Origin: an uncultured Acidobacteriota bacterium
Lineage (GTDB): Bacteria > Acidobacteriota > Blastocatellia > RBC074
Length of the DNA: 64,000 nt
Assembly: GCA_963796275.1 (NCBI GenBank)
Contig: CAWCKY010000003.1
Span: 896,001 to 960,000, forward strand
Direction of reading: 5' to 3'
A program made the translations under genes and the position numbers. A model generated the notes under the pieces. That model saw only the letters and a list, made by a program, of their open reading frames with translations. It made no database searches and was not told the origin of the DNA. Shown here one piece after another: positions 20,412 to 35,071 of this stretch (the first letter of the stretch is position 1; every line of letters starts with the position of its first letter).

Positions 20412-21845
20412 ATGGCTGACGAAAAAAACGAAGAATCGAAACATAAGTACAAGCCGCCGATCAATCGCCTCTGGTTGTTCTTGATTGTCGCAGCATTGGG
20501 GGGCGCCGGCCTGATCAGCGTGTACCTCTGGGGGTACGACCGGGGCGCCAGATCGACTGAAATTTCGGCCGTCTCGAAAGATGAATATTCGGATGTAATG
20601 GGCGGAAATAACGAGGTCGAGCTGTCGCCCGAGGCGCTGGCGGCAACCGAGATTGAATATGTCGCCGCTACCGAGCGCCCGGCTATCAGGTTGTTGCGTG
20701 TAACCGGGACGGTCGAGGCAAATCAGCAGCAGATGCAGGAGGTGACACCGCTCGTGGCGGGGCGCATAGAGCGTGTGAACGTCGCTCTCGGTGACCGCGT
20801 CCGCGTCGGTGCGCCGCTGGCCGTCATCTCCAGCCCCCAGGTCGCTGAGATGCACGGGAAGTTGCGCGAGGCAGAGACGCGCTTGCAGTCCGCCGAGCGC
20901 AATCTGGTGCGAGTGCAGAAATCCGAAAACCGCGTCGCCGTGCTTTCGGCAAAAGCTCGGCTCGACGAGGCTGAGGCAGCGCTCAAGCGCATGCAACGAC
21001 TCATCCAACTCGGTGCCGGAGCAGGCAAGGATTTGATTGCCGCCGAGACCGCCTACAAGACGGCGAAGGCTGAATACGAATTTCAGAGCAATATCTCGCT
21101 CAACAAGGAGCTGGCTGAAGCGCATGCCGAAGTGGATACGGCGCGGGTGGATGTGCAGCACACTCGCGACGGTCTGAGCGCGCTGGGCGCTCCGGTGCCG
21201 GAAGGGTCACGAGACCCGCTGCGGAAGAACATCTCGCTCGTTACCTTGCGATCGCCTGTCTCCGGCACCGTGATCGAACGAACGGTCAACGTGGGGGCGG
21301 GGGTCGAAATCGGAAAACCTCTCTTTACAGTCGCCAATATCTCCACGCTCTGGATAATCGCCAACGTGCCGGAGGCGCAAGTGGGCAATCTGCGCGTGGG
21401 CGCCCTCGCCGAAGCGCACTCGGCGGCGCTCGGTGAAGACGTGGTTGCGGGACGAGTCACCTATATCGATCCGGTGTTGAACACAGATACGCGAGCGGCG
21501 CGGGTGCGCATCGAGATAAAGAACCCGCAGGAACGGCTCAAGGTCGGTATGTTCGTTGAGGTTGGATTTCAGACCGGAACGGGGAGACAAGAAGAACCGA
21601 TAGAGAATGAGCTGGTCATCTCTGAAGAGGCGGTTCAGCGTTTCAACGAGCGCACAGTCGTATTTCTGCCCAAAGAGGGTGAGATGGGTCATTTCGAGGC
21701 GCGCGATGTGGAGCTCGGCGGCTCGGCGGGCGGGTACCTGCGCGTAATCAGCGGACTCAAACCCGGCGAGCGAATCGTAAGCAAGGGCAGCTTTACGCTC
21801 AAGACGCAACTGCTGAAAGGCGCTATGGGGGATCAGGGACATTGA
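20412..21845 (+). CDS. czcB: RND periplasmic adaptor (CzcB-like)
   Basis: TM anchor, lipoyl halves (GDRVRVGAPL, LRSPVSGTV), GMFV, GLKPGERIV. Confidence 0.9.
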   Translation: MADEKNEESKHKYKPPINRLWLFLIVAALGGAGLISVYLWGYDRGARSTEISAVSKDEYSDVMGGNNEVELSPEALAATEIEYVAATERPAIRLLRVTGTVEANQQQMQEVTPLVAGRIERVNVALGDRVRVGAPLAVISSPQVAEMHGKLREAETRLQSAERNLVRVQKSENRVAVLSAKARLDEAEAALKRMQRLIQLGAGAGKDLIAAETAYKTAKAEYEFQSNISLNKELAEAHAEVDTARVDVQHTRDGLSALGAPVPEGSRDPLRKNISLVTLRSPVSGTVIERTVNVGAGVEIGKPLFTVANISTLWIIANVPEAQVGNLRVGALAEAHSAALGEDVVAGRVTYIDPVLNTDTRAARVRIEIKNPQERLKVGMFVEVGFQTGTGRQEEPIENELVISEEAVQRFNERTVVFLPKEGEMGHFEARDVELGGSAGGYLRVISGLKPGERIVSKGSFTLKTQLLKGAMGDQGH

Positions 21846-21919
21846 AGTTTGTAGTTCCGCTCTCATGCGGAAGGAGCTGTTTATCGAGCGTTCTGCGGGA
21901 CTACAAACAAGGACATTTT

Positions 21920-25034
<3,115 letters not shown>

Positions 25035-25186
25035 GATGAGAGATGATTAAACCGTAGATACTGGATAGAGGCGCGAATGACAACGGCCGATTACTTTAAC
25101 GTTTGTAGCTAATAAGAGACGAATTTTCCAACCTTCACACCTTCTATCACTATAACCGGCATCCGCTCGCAGGCCGGCGCCGCCCG

Positions 25187-25837
25187 TCAATTCGCCCGGA
25201 CTGTCTGGCCGGGGCGCGACTGGAGCCACTTCCGAACGGTCAAAATAGTGCCGACAATAGCCACGATGATCATTACGTAAACGAAGTACTCGACATATTC
25301 AGACCTCAGGTAGCGGAGCAGCCGGCGGCCGAGGTAAAGCGCAAGCAATGATTCGACGGTGAAACGTATGAGCCTCCCTGCGAATACCGTTATCAGCAAC
25401 TTTCGGCGCCCCAGTTGTAAGGCGGATGCCGCCGCGATCGCGGCCGTGAAGGGAAATGGCGGGGGCAGGAGCGTGGCGAGGAATACTGTCCATGCGCCCC
25501 GCGACTCTATGTTCCTTTGCAGTTTATCCAACTTCTTCGGGCCGACAAATTTCTCCAACCCCTCCCTTCCAGCCTTACGCATGACCATATCGACAAGGGT
25601 GACGCCCACAACCGAGCCGAGAGCGGCGGCAAGCGTGTATATCACCCATAGCCATGAATTATGCGCACGGCTGACCAGCGCGATCAGCAAAAGGTCGCTG
25701 CTGAATGGGAGGAAGAGAAATGACGAATCGCAAACTCCCAGGAGAAATAAGCCAATAGCACCCATCCTGCGAAAATAAGCGAAGCCTGAGCGTATTAAGG
25801 ATGATGAAATTATCAGTAATACAGTCCGGAATATCAC
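25187..25837 (-). CDS. DedA/YqaA-like (VTT domain) membrane protein
   Basis: DSSFLFLP..DLLLI, ALGSVVG, LLPPPFPF, GRLIRF. Confidence 0.85.
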   Translation of the reverse strand: MIFRTVLLIISSSLIRSGFAYFRRMGAIGLFLLGVCDSSFLFLPFSSDLLLIALVSRAHNSWLWVIYTLAAALGSVVGVTLVDMVMRKAGREGLEKFVGPKKLDKLQRNIESRGAWTVFLATLLPPPFPFTAAIAAASALQLGRRKLLITVFAGRLIRFTVESLLALYLGRRLLRYLRSEYVEYFVYVMIIVAIVGTILTVRKWLQSRPGQTVRAN

Positions 25838-25915
25838 CGCTCGGACCTCCGACAGAAACGCTAAGACTATGACAGATCATGTCTCTAGAAATCCAGCTTG
25901 TGCAAAACAACGATC

Positions 25916-25947
25916 AAGCGAAAGCGCATCCTTCGTCCCGGATGCGC
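25916..25947 (-). terminator. Possible intrinsic terminator
   Basis: GCGCATCC/GGATGCGC stem followed by TTTCGCTT on the minus strand, downstream of the tRNA fragment. Confidence 0.4.
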
Positions 25948-26092
25948 CGCTACCAAAATCTGTCGCCGGGCAAGTGAGTGGCTCGTCAAGGTCAAGGTCG
26001 GCCGGTTGCAAGTCAGCGGCTGTACACTAGACGTATATCAGGAGGGCAAATTATCGCGAATACACAGGAAAGCAATGTGATGCGGAAGGCGG

Positions 26093-26115
26093 CGGAGAGT
26101 GAGGGATTCGAACCC
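26093..26115 (-). repeat. att-like duplicate of tRNA-Ser 3' end
   Basis: CGGAGAGTGAGGGATTCGAACCC is identical to 30483-30505. Confidence 0.88.
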
Positions 26116-26663
26116 AATCGCAAAAAGCTAATCCCTACTAGCAATCGATATTTCTTAAAAGGGTTATGGGTTCGAAGCCTTCTGGTTCGAAGCCTTCTGA
26201 ATGCTGCAGGCATGCGATTATTTTGCTGCGAGATAACACGTTTTTCCTATGGATGGGAGAATCGTAGTGTTCCTTCCAATTAGGAGAAAGTGCAGAGAAA
26301 GACGCCATCGCTCTTTTAGTTCCCATTTTAGATGTTATTATATAAACCTTAACAAAAAATTAAATCTTTAATCTCTGCATGTCTCAGGATTTGTTGATCT
26401 CTGGCGGCAAGTACAGGACGACTAGTCTGCAAAGTATTTATTGTAGCAGTCGACAAGCGTAGAAAACTGCAGCCTTCACACCATCTGCATTTACTGCGGC
26501 ATTCACTGGATTATCGAGCGAGTCACCCTTACAGACAAGATTTGTGTAGGACTGTCCGGTGGACCAAAAACAAGGTCAGGTACTGGAGAGCGCAATGTAT
26601 AAACCCAAATCTCGTTGTCACGTTCCGCAGGAATCAATAATTTAAGCCTGCCGCACTAGCTAG

Positions 26664-27881
26664 GAAAAAGCCGCTCGCGCAGAAGCACAAGCCGCAAATC
26701 GCGCGAAAGACGAATTTATCTCACTCATCTCGCATGAATTACGATCGCCTCTCAATTCGATTATTGGTTATAGCCGCATATTACGATCGAACCTTCATGA
26801 CGAGAAGCAGATAACGGAGGCTTGCACCGTCATCCAGCGTAATGCCTGGAGGCAAATAAAACTGATCGAGGATCTCCTCGATATTTCTCGCATCGTCAGC
26901 GGCAAGCTGCGGCTAGAACTGCAACCTACTGACATCGTGGCTGTGCTTGACGAAGCGCTTGCTATAGTGCGCCCGGAGGCAGAGGCTCGAGGGATCAAAT
27001 TATATGCACACTACAACTCGAACCCGGAGATGATCTTTGGCGACACTATCAGGTTGCAGCAGGTGATCGGGAATTTACTCTCGAATGCGATTAAGTTTAC
27101 TCCTGGTGGCGGACATATCGAGTTGAAGCTGGAACGGAGAGACGATTATCTTAAGATCGTTGTCAGCGATACGGGCAAGGGTATCAACCCCGAATTTCTT
27201 CCCCTCATATTTGACCGATTCCGCCAGGCTGATTCGTCGAGTTCGCGCAGGGAAGGCGGTCTCGGTCTCGGACTTGCGCTGGTCAAACATCTGGTCGAAC
27301 TGCATGGCGGAACGGTCGAGGCTGTGAGTGAAGGGATAGACATGGGCTCGACCTTCGCCATCAAACTCCCACAATTAGCGAATAATAGAATCCTGCAGGG
27401 GGAACCGCCCGCGCTATTGATGGATGATGCAAAACCCTTGCCCGCCGATGTAAAGATTGAGGGCGTACGCGTGCTGGCTGTGGACGATCAACAGGAGGCG
27501 CGCGAGGCGCTCATTTATTGTCTGAGCAGTTATGGGGCAGTCGTGACGGCAGTCTCTTCTGGCATCGAAGCCATGGCTATTCTTGCCAACCCACAGGATG
27601 AAAAGCGTCCCGAGGTGTTCATTTGTGACATTGCTATGCCTGATGAAGATGGTTACGCTGTAATAATACGGGTGAGGGCGCTCGAAGAAGAGCGAAGAGT
27701 CAAGCTGTCGCAGCGCATCCCCGCGATTGCTCTCTCGGCGATGGCTGGGAGAGAAACCTGGGTGCGCGCACTCAACTCAGGTTTCAATACACATATCCCC
27801 AAGCCTGCCGAGCCAGAAGAATTAGTGAAGGTGATTTACAGCTTTATGACCGAGCGGAGTGGTGAGCCAAGGGTTAAATAA
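26664..27881 (+). pseudogene. 5'-truncated hybrid histidine kinase (HisKA-HATPase-REC)
   Basis: After in-frame TAG 26661 reads EKAARAEAQAANRAKDEFISLISHELRSPL with no ATG/GTG/TTG before the H-box; N, G1, F, G2 boxes and REC present. Confidence 0.8.
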
Positions 27882-27885
27882 CAGT

Positions 27886-28281
27886 TTATATACTGGGTGA
27901 GACATAGCTATTCCCATTAATGACCTCATTGACCGCATTCACCAGATCATCGTCAGCTGTGAGTTTTAGAACGAATCCTTTTGCTCCGGCTAAAAAACAT
28001 TTTTCCACAATAATCCGTTCTTTATGAGCGCTCAGCAATATGATCCGAGCTTCGATATCCTCATTAAGTATTCTCTTCGTGACCTCAAATCCACTCATTT
28101 CAGGCATGTTGATATCCACGATGATCACATCCGGTTGCAAATTTTTGACAGCCTTTAGCAACTCCGGCCCATTCTGAACCGCAGCTACTATCTCGAATTC
28201 CGGTTCCAATATCTCTTTAAGTATCTCGCGCATCTCCTCATGATCATCAGCTAATGCAATTTTTTTCCTATTTGAAGTCAT
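27886..28281 (-). CDS. Single-domain response regulator (NarL-type REC, no output domain)
   Basis: LADDH, VDINMPEMSG, GAKGFVLK; ends at YVSPSI. Confidence 0.85.
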   Translation of the reverse strand: MTSNRKKIALADDHEEMREILKEILEPEFEIVAAVQNGPELLKAVKNLQPDVIIVDINMPEMSGFEVTKRILNEDIEARIILLSAHKERIIVEKCFLAGAKGFVLKLTADDDLVNAVNEVINGNSYVSPSI

Positions 28282-28675
28282 CGTCCGAATAATGAGCGAT
28301 ACGAAGAGAATCAACACCTAACAGTCCACTAAAGCCATCCTCGACGAGCAAATGATGGTTCGGTGGAGTCACCTATATGTGACTCTGGCAGATCTTATCG
28401 TAAACCGATGGAAATGACACCTGCAGAGGCATTGCGATTACCTCAGACACCATACTCGGTGAAATGGGAAATAAATTCTGGGAATGCGCAGCAACTTTCA
28501 ATAGTCGATCAGCAACTTTGGACCGCTTCCCACTTTGCTGTTGATCAACTCTCAGATTCAGCTATTAAGCAATATTTTTTGACATTGAACACTACCCACC
28601 TTAAATTCACAAACTGTTTTTCGGTGCCAATCACCGCCTCTGGATACACCTGGAGGCGCCATAAAGGAGAACTCT

Positions 28676-30327
28676 ATGCCTGCTCTCGGACGCGTCACCT
28701 TTCTGCTTGGATTTCTTCTATTCGGCGTTGCGGCCGGCGCGCAGGCCCAATCCCCGCCAAAAGAATCGAAGGCGACCGGTTACGTCTCCGGCCATGTTAC
28801 CGTTGATGGCAAACCGAAGTCGGGGATCGAAATTGAGGCTCAGCCTCTGGGCCCAACCTCGCGCAGCGTTGTGAAGCCCTGGGCCAGCGCCACGACCGAT
28901 GAAGACGGCCGCTTTTTACTGACCGGCTTGGTGCCAGGGCGCTACCGGGTCGTTCACCGGTCACAATTTCATTTCAGCGCCGGCCGCGCCAGGTTCAGGC
29001 AATGGCCGGAGGGCAAGGACCTGATCCTCGCCGAAGGAGAGGCGGTGGAAGCGATTGATTTTGCGCTTGAGACCGGCGGGATTATTACGGGGCGGGTTAC
29101 GGACGCGGAAGGGACGCCGGTTGTCGCCGAGCTCGTGACCTTGACTCAAATCATTGAGACCGAGCGCGGCGGCAGAAGCCGCCATTCCCGCTCTGCGACT
29201 AGAACCGATAAAAGCGGCGTCTACGCATCTACGCTCTCCCCGCGGGCCGATACATCCTGAGCGCCGGAGGCCCCCCTGATATTCTTCGCAGACTAAGGCC
29301 AGCTGATAGAAGACACGCTTACCGGCGCGTTTTCCACCTCGACGTGACTGATGAGGAGCAAGCGAAAGTCATCGAACTCGCCGCCGGAACCGAAGCGGCG
29401 AATGTGGACATCAAACTCGGCCCCCCGATCCGACTCCACGCCATCGCCGGTCGCCTCATTGACGCGGAAACCGGCCTCGTCGTCCCCAACGGTTTGTTCA
29501 ATTTCGGCTCTCTCAGAGATGATTCGAAGTGGCTGGCCCCGCAAACACAATTTCGTTCCGACGACAAGGGCGAGTTTCGTATCGAGGGACTCATGCCGGG
29601 GCGATACGCAGCCTTCGCCACGCCCGATCACCAGAGCGGATTTTACAGCGAGCCGGTCACAATTGTTGTGTCGGAAGAAGACGTCGGTGGCGTCGAACTC
29701 AAACTACTTCGCGGCGCGAGCATCAGCGGCCGCGTGGTCATCGAGGGAATTGGCGATCCGGCGGCACTCCCTGAACTGCCGGGATTTAGCGTGGAGTCTT
29801 CCCCTGCCGTGCCGGGGTTACCTTTGGCTAGCGCGCGATTCGGCGCTGACGGCAGCTTTCTAATCAAAGGACTGCGCGGCGGTAAGGCCTTGTTCCACCT
29901 CAATACGAAAGGATTTTCTCTGCTGCGCGTCGAGCGAGGCGGGGTTGAACATAGTGGGATCGACCTCGCTCCGAATGAGCAGGTAACGGACGTGCGACTG
30001 GTGATCGCTTACGGCACCGAGATCGTGCGCGGACAGATCAAGGTGGAGGGCGGCGCGCTCCCTGATGGCGCGCTAATAGGGGTCACCTCACGCCGAATTA
30101 GCCCTGACGGCATGGGCGCACACCGTCGAGCGTACGCCCACGCCCTGGTCGATTCGCGCGGCCATTTCACGCTTGAAGGGATGACCGTAGGCGACCACGA
30201 ATTAACGATAAGCATCGGCAACGCATCTAAGCCAACTCGGCTGAGCAGACATCTTATAAGTGTGGCGAAGGGGAAGGAAAACAACGTAATTCTCACGCTG
30301 AATTTGGGCGCGAAAGCTGACAGGTAA
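28676..30327 (+). CDS. Exported carboxypeptidase-regulatory-like repeat protein, 1-nt frameshift near 29225
   Basis: Repeats of SG.V...TDxxGxF...GL.PGRY; adding one C restores GVYRIYALPAGRY. Confidence 0.8.
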
Positions 30328-30482
30328 GGATGACAGGGCGATGTTCACCGGGTTGAGAAACTCACATTGCCGTTAGACTTCTCACTTCCTATCAGGAAAA
30401 TTGTCACGAATTTACTGCTGAAGTGGTGAACATTGCGGCAAATCTAAGCAACAGGATCAGCAGATAGAGGAAATTTGATAAA

Positions 30483-30565
<83 letters not shown>

Positions 30566-30589
30566 ATATAGCGTGCGAAAAGCAAGAGC

Positions 30590-30618
30590 ATACTATCACG
30601 GGGATTTTTGTATCACAA
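30590..30618 (-). promoter_or_regulatory. sigma70-type promoter for tRNA-Ser
   Basis: TTGTGA-N17-TAGTAT with extended TG. Confidence 0.5.
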
Positions 30619-30708
30619 AACGCATCTAGCTATCCCGGTTTCAATAATGTTGTGTTTCGCTTAAGTATGCGCGATTATTCGTCACCATACGGCAAATAGG
30701 AGGATACA

Positions 30709-31659
30709 ATGTCGAAATGCACACGTAGACAATTCACGCGGTCGTTGGCCGCAGCCTTTGCGGCTCCATCGCTTATCAATCGCCTCGATCCTGTGAAGAG
30801 GTTGCCTCCGCGTCTGCCGATAGGATTCTCCACTCTCGGGTGTCCAAACTGGGAATGGAAGAAGATCCTAGAACAGGCCGCACAAAATGGATATTCGGCG
30901 ATCGAACTGCGTGGGTTGATGAACGAAATGGACCTGCCGAAATCTCCCCAGTTCATCGGAGATAAGCTCAAAGAAAGCTTGAGGGACCTCGATGCTTTGG
31001 GTCTGAAGATTTCTGATCTGGGCGCATCGGCCAGGCTCGGGGAGCCGGACAAGGCCAAGCGTGCGGCTCAAATTGATGAAGCCAGGCGACACATCGATCT
31101 GGCGCATCAATTGAAGTCTCCCTATGTGCGCATATTCGGGGGAAAGCTTCTAAAAAATCAGACCATGAATGATGCTACCGAACTCATCATCGCCGGATTC
31201 AAAGACCTGCACGATCACGCCAACGGTAGCGGGGTCGTCCTGCTCATCGAATCGCACGACGAATTCACTACCTCGGGTTCCTTGTTGAATATTCTGAAAG
31301 GAGCGAATCTGCCGACCGCCGCTTTGCTCTGGGACGCTCACCACACGTTCGTAACGGGCAGGGAACAGCCGGGTGAATCATTCAAGCAATTGAAAGACTA
31401 TGTGCGCCACACTCACCTCAAAGATTCGCGCCCGCCTCTGGCCGGTGAAAAGAACCGTCGCTATGTTCTGACCGGTGCGGGCGAAGTCCCGGTGAGGGAT
31501 ACAGTTAAGGCGCTCGCTGCCGGCGGTTACCGCGGTTATTATTCTTTCGAATGGGAAAAAAGATGGCATCCTGAAATCGAAGACCCCGAGGTGGCTATCC
31601 CGCATTTCGCGAAAGTGATTCGCGAGTATTTGATGGAAGCGGGTATTAAAATTCAGTAG
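30709..31659 (+). CDS. Sugar phosphate isomerase/epimerase (xylose isomerase-like TIM barrel), Tat-like signal
   Basis: TRRQF; FSTLGCP, IESHD, WDAHH, HTHLKD, SFEWE. Confidence 0.9.
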   Translation: MSKCTRRQFTRSLAAAFAAPSLINRLDPVKRLPPRLPIGFSTLGCPNWEWKKILEQAAQNGYSAIELRGLMNEMDLPKSPQFIGDKLKESLRDLDALGLKISDLGASARLGEPDKAKRAAQIDEARRHIDLAHQLKSPYVRIFGGKLLKNQTMNDATELIIAGFKDLHDHANGSGVVLLIESHDEFTTSGSLLNILKGANLPTAALLWDAHHTFVTGREQPGESFKQLKDYVRHTHLKDSRPPLAGEKNRRYVLTGAGEVPVRDTVKALAAGGYRGYYSFEWEKRWHPEIEDPEVAIPHFAKVIREYLMEAGIKIQ

Positions 31660-31743
31660 GCTGTATTTCGGTAGTCAAGTCGCGAACATTGGTGCGACAG
31701 CGCTAAATGATCTCCCTTTTGTTATTCTGAAGTACTAAGGATT

Positions 31744-32643
31744 ATGGAGCCAATTATTGCGCCCAACGTGCGTTGGGGTGAATGGATAAGTGAAGGATGG
31801 CAGATGTTTGCCGCTCGCTGGCAGGTATGGGTTCTACAATCGCTGATTATATTCTTGACCTTGGGGATCCCCGTACTAATTATATATGGGTGGATTTTCA
31901 GCGCTACGATTATCGAAGGCCGAAACGGCCCGGCAAGGGACATGCCGCCAATTTTTGCAGTGTTTGTATTGGTGGCGGTGCCGCTCATTATGTTGGCATC
32001 GATATATTTTTGGGGTGGATTATGGCGCACTGCCACAAAACAACTGCGCGGGGAAGATATCTCGGTTTGGGATGTATTCTACGGTGGAGATGTCTTTCTG
32101 CAAGTACTCGGCGCTTCCATTCCAATCGGAATCCTCTACATTATCGGTTCGCTGCTCTGTTTTCTCCCGGCGTATGTAGTTAAAGGGCTATTCCACTTTA
32201 CGATCCCCCTGGTCGTCGATCGCCGGATGTCGGTGGGCAGCGCCATCAGCGCGAGCTTCAATGCGACGAAGGGGCATTGGGTGATGTACTCGCTATTCGC
32301 CTTCGTCATTTCCTTACTCGGAGTAATGGGGGTGTTCATCTGTTACATCGGTTTGCTTGTGACCTATCCCCTGCAATTCACCATATTGGCCATCGCCTAT
32401 CGTGATACGTTCGGAATCGCTGGTGCGCACAACTTCGGTTCGATCTCTACAACGACCGCGACATCGTACACCGGACAGTCGTTGGTACAATCCATTCCGA
32501 CAGAGCCGCCGCCCCCGAGGCCATTGTTTTCCCAGTCAGCCGAATCGCTGCAGCAACCGGTGTTACACTGCTCCCAATGCGGCACATCTATAACTCGCGT
32601 CGCAAAATTCTGCAATATTTGCGGCTCGCCGCTACAAGCTTAA
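31744..32643 (+). CDS. Integral membrane protein with C-terminal zinc ribbon
   Basis: TM helices; CSQCG...AKFCNICG. Confidence 0.85.
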   Translation: MEPIIAPNVRWGEWISEGWQMFAARWQVWVLQSLIIFLTLGIPVLIIYGWIFSATIIEGRNGPARDMPPIFAVFVLVAVPLIMLASIYFWGGLWRTATKQLRGEDISVWDVFYGGDVFLQVLGASIPIGILYIIGSLLCFLPAYVVKGLFHFTIPLVVDRRMSVGSAISASFNATKGHWVMYSLFAFVISLLGVMGVFICYIGLLVTYPLQFTILAIAYRDTFGIAGAHNFGSISTTTATSYTGQSLVQSIPTEPPPPRPLFSQSAESLQQPVLHCSQCGTSITRVAKFCNICGSPLQA

Positions 32644-32644
32644 A

Positions 32645-33415
32645 ATGTTCAATAACATGAGCAATTCCCACAAAACCGGCGTAGCGGCCATTGAGTTTGC
32701 TGATGTTTCGTATCGTCATCCCAACGGTCCGGCCGTCCTGGATGGGTTTTCACTTGCAATCGCGCAAGGCGAGACGCTCGCGCTCGTCGGCCGCAGCGGG
32801 ACGGGGAAAACGACTATCCTCAAACTCATCAACCGCCTTCTCTTGCCTGACTCAGGCGAGGTTCGCGTCGAAGGCAGTCCGACTTATGCCTGGAACCCGA
32901 TCCGTTTGCGCAGGCACATAGGCTATGTTCTTCAGGAAGTAGGTTTATTTCCGCATATGTCGATCGCTCGCAATGTGGCAGTAGTGCCGCATCTGGAGGG
33001 ATGGCCGGCGGAAAAGATCAACGGGCGCGTCGTGGAGTTGCTCGATCTAGTTGGTCTCGATCCGGCAACATACCGTGATCGTTATCCGCGGGAACTATCC
33101 GGCGGACAACGCCAGCGCGTAGGCGTCGCCCGCGCACTCGCGCTCGATCCGCCGATTCTCTTGATGGATGAACCGTTCGGCGCTCTCGATCCCCTGACCC
33201 GAGCCGAGATGCACAGCGAATTCCATCGCATTCAATCGCAAGTCCGCAAAACGATCGTCTGCGTTACGCACGATATGGGCGAAGCCTTCGCCCTCGGCGA
33301 TAAAATGGGCGTCCTGTCCGGGGGGAAACTCGCTGCCCTTGCGCCTCCCAAAGAGATCGCACAGTCGGATAATCCTGAGGTGAAAGTCTTTCTGGCCGCG
33401 ATGCCGAAATTATAG
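32645..33415 (+). CDS. Osmoprotectant ABC transporter ATPase
   Basis: GRSGTGKT, LRRHIGYVLQEVGLFPH, LSGGQ, LMDEPFGALD. Confidence 0.93.
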   Translation: MFNNMSNSHKTGVAAIEFADVSYRHPNGPAVLDGFSLAIAQGETLALVGRSGTGKTTILKLINRLLLPDSGEVRVEGSPTYAWNPIRLRRHIGYVLQEVGLFPHMSIARNVAVVPHLEGWPAEKINGRVVELLDLVGLDPATYRDRYPRELSGGQRQRVGVARALALDPPILLMDEPFGALDPLTRAEMHSEFHRIQSQVRKTIVCVTHDMGEAFALGDKMGVLSGGKLAALAPPKEIAQSDNPEVKVFLAAMPKL

Positions 33416-33417
33416 TT

Positions 33418-34983
33418 ATGCGACTCCTCGAGTTCTGGCTCAATCACGGTAGCGAATTTTTAAGCGCCATTTTGCGCCACCTGGCGCTGGTCGTCGCTTC
33501 AGTAGGGGTTGCGGTGACGGTCGGAGTGCCTCTCGGCGTCCTTGCCTACCGCAGACCCAGACTAGGCGGTCCCTTGATAGGTCTGGCAAACGTCGTGCAG
33601 ACCATCCCCAGTCTCGCGATGTTCGGATTCTTGATTCCGATCCCGTTGATCGGCGGAATCGGCGCAAAGGCGGCTTTGATCGTCTTGATTCTCTATGCGC
33701 TGCTCCCCGTCATGCGGACGACCGTGAGCGGGCTCACGAGCATCGAGCCGTCGGTGCGAGAGGCGGGGCTGGCGATGGGAATGACCGATTGGCAACTCCT
33801 CTCTCAGGTGGAATTGCCTCTGGCGCGGCCCGCGATTCTGGCAGGTGTGCGTGTCGCGACAGTCGTCGGAGTCGGAACTGCTACTATTGCAGCGGCGATA
33901 GGGGCAGGTGGTCTGGGCGAATACATTTTTCGCGGCGTGGCGAGCGTCGATTCGACGGTGATCCTTGCCGGGGCGGTGCCTGCGGCGGCTCTCGCCTTGA
34001 TCGCCGATTTCGCCCTGGGATGGATGGAAAAATTGTCCGCCCCGGATCGCACAAGAAAAACGAGGGTGAATCCGGGCGTCATCGCCGGCGCTGGTGTGAC
34101 CGCGCTCGTTTTACTGATGCTTGGGCTCTTCTGGTCTGAAAGATCGCAGGGAAGCCTGGTCATCGGCTCGAAAAATTTCACGGAACAATTCATCCTCGGC
34201 GAGATTATGGCCCAGATCATCGAACGCGGGACTTCGATCAAAGTACAACGCAAACTCAATCTGGGCGACACGCTAGTCTGCGAGACCGCGATGCGGGCGG
34301 GTGATCTCGATCTTTACGTCGAATATACCGGAACGGCACTCACTGCCATCTTCAAACAACCCGTCGTACTGGATAGCAAGGAAGTGTCGGATCGCGTCGC
34401 CGCAAGCTATGCGGCAACCGGGCGAACCATGCTCCAACCCCTGGGATTCAACAACACCTATGTGATGCTCGTGCGCGGCGACGATGCGCGGCGCCTCGGG
34501 GTGAGGTCGATCTCCGACATCGCTAAATACACGCCCGGATGGCGAGCGGGGTTCGGTTCGGCTTTTCTGGATCGTGAAGATGGTTATCGCGGTCTGGTGA
34601 GCGCTTACAGCCTGCGGTTCGCCGAATCGCCGCTGGCGATGGACCTGTCTTTGACTTATCGCGCGCTCGCTGAGAAACAGGTCGATCTCATATCGGGTGA
34701 TGCGACGAATGGGTTGATCGCAAAACTCGGCCTTTTCGCGCTCGAAGACGACCGTCATTATTTCCCGCCATATCAAGCAGTTCCGGTGATTCGGACTGAG
34801 ACGCTTAACCGCCATCCCGAACTACGGGTGATCTTTGACCGCCTCGCTGGCACGATAACCGATGAGGAGATGCAAAAAATGAATTACCAGGCCGATGTCG
34901 AAAGACGAGATGTGAGCGATATCGCGCGCGCGTTTATAGAGAGGCATCCTCAAATATTCAATGGGGAAACTAGCAGTAAGTGA
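33418..34983 (+). CDS. Glycine betaine/choline ABC permease + substrate-binding fusion
   Basis: QTIPSLA, EAGLAMGM, GAGGLG; IGSKNFTEQ, YVEYTGT, FPPY. Confidence 0.93.
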   Translation: MRLLEFWLNHGSEFLSAILRHLALVVASVGVAVTVGVPLGVLAYRRPRLGGPLIGLANVVQTIPSLAMFGFLIPIPLIGGIGAKAALIVLILYALLPVMRTTVSGLTSIEPSVREAGLAMGMTDWQLLSQVELPLARPAILAGVRVATVVGVGTATIAAAIGAGGLGEYIFRGVASVDSTVILAGAVPAAALALIADFALGWMEKLSAPDRTRKTRVNPGVIAGAGVTALVLLMLGLFWSERSQGSLVIGSKNFTEQFILGEIMAQIIERGTSIKVQRKLNLGDTLVCETAMRAGDLDLYVEYTGTALTAIFKQPVVLDSKEVSDRVAASYAATGRTMLQPLGFNNTYVMLVRGDDARRLGVRSISDIAKYTPGWRAGFGSAFLDREDGYRGLVSAYSLRFAESPLAMDLSLTYRALAEKQVDLISGDATNGLIAKLGLFALEDDRHYFPPYQAVPVIRTETLNRHPELRVIFDRLAGTITDEEMQKMNYQADVERRDVSDIARAFIERHPQIFNGETSSK

Positions 34984-35071
34984 ATTCCTGCGTTTCAGAT
35001 AGATGTTCGCAGGCGCCGGATTCAACTCAAGCCGGGCCGATCCCAATGCAGGTTAAGCTATATTTTGATGA

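Noticed and set aside
26093-26115. Second tRNA gene
   Set aside because: Only the 3' 23 nt are present, with no D or anticodon arm.
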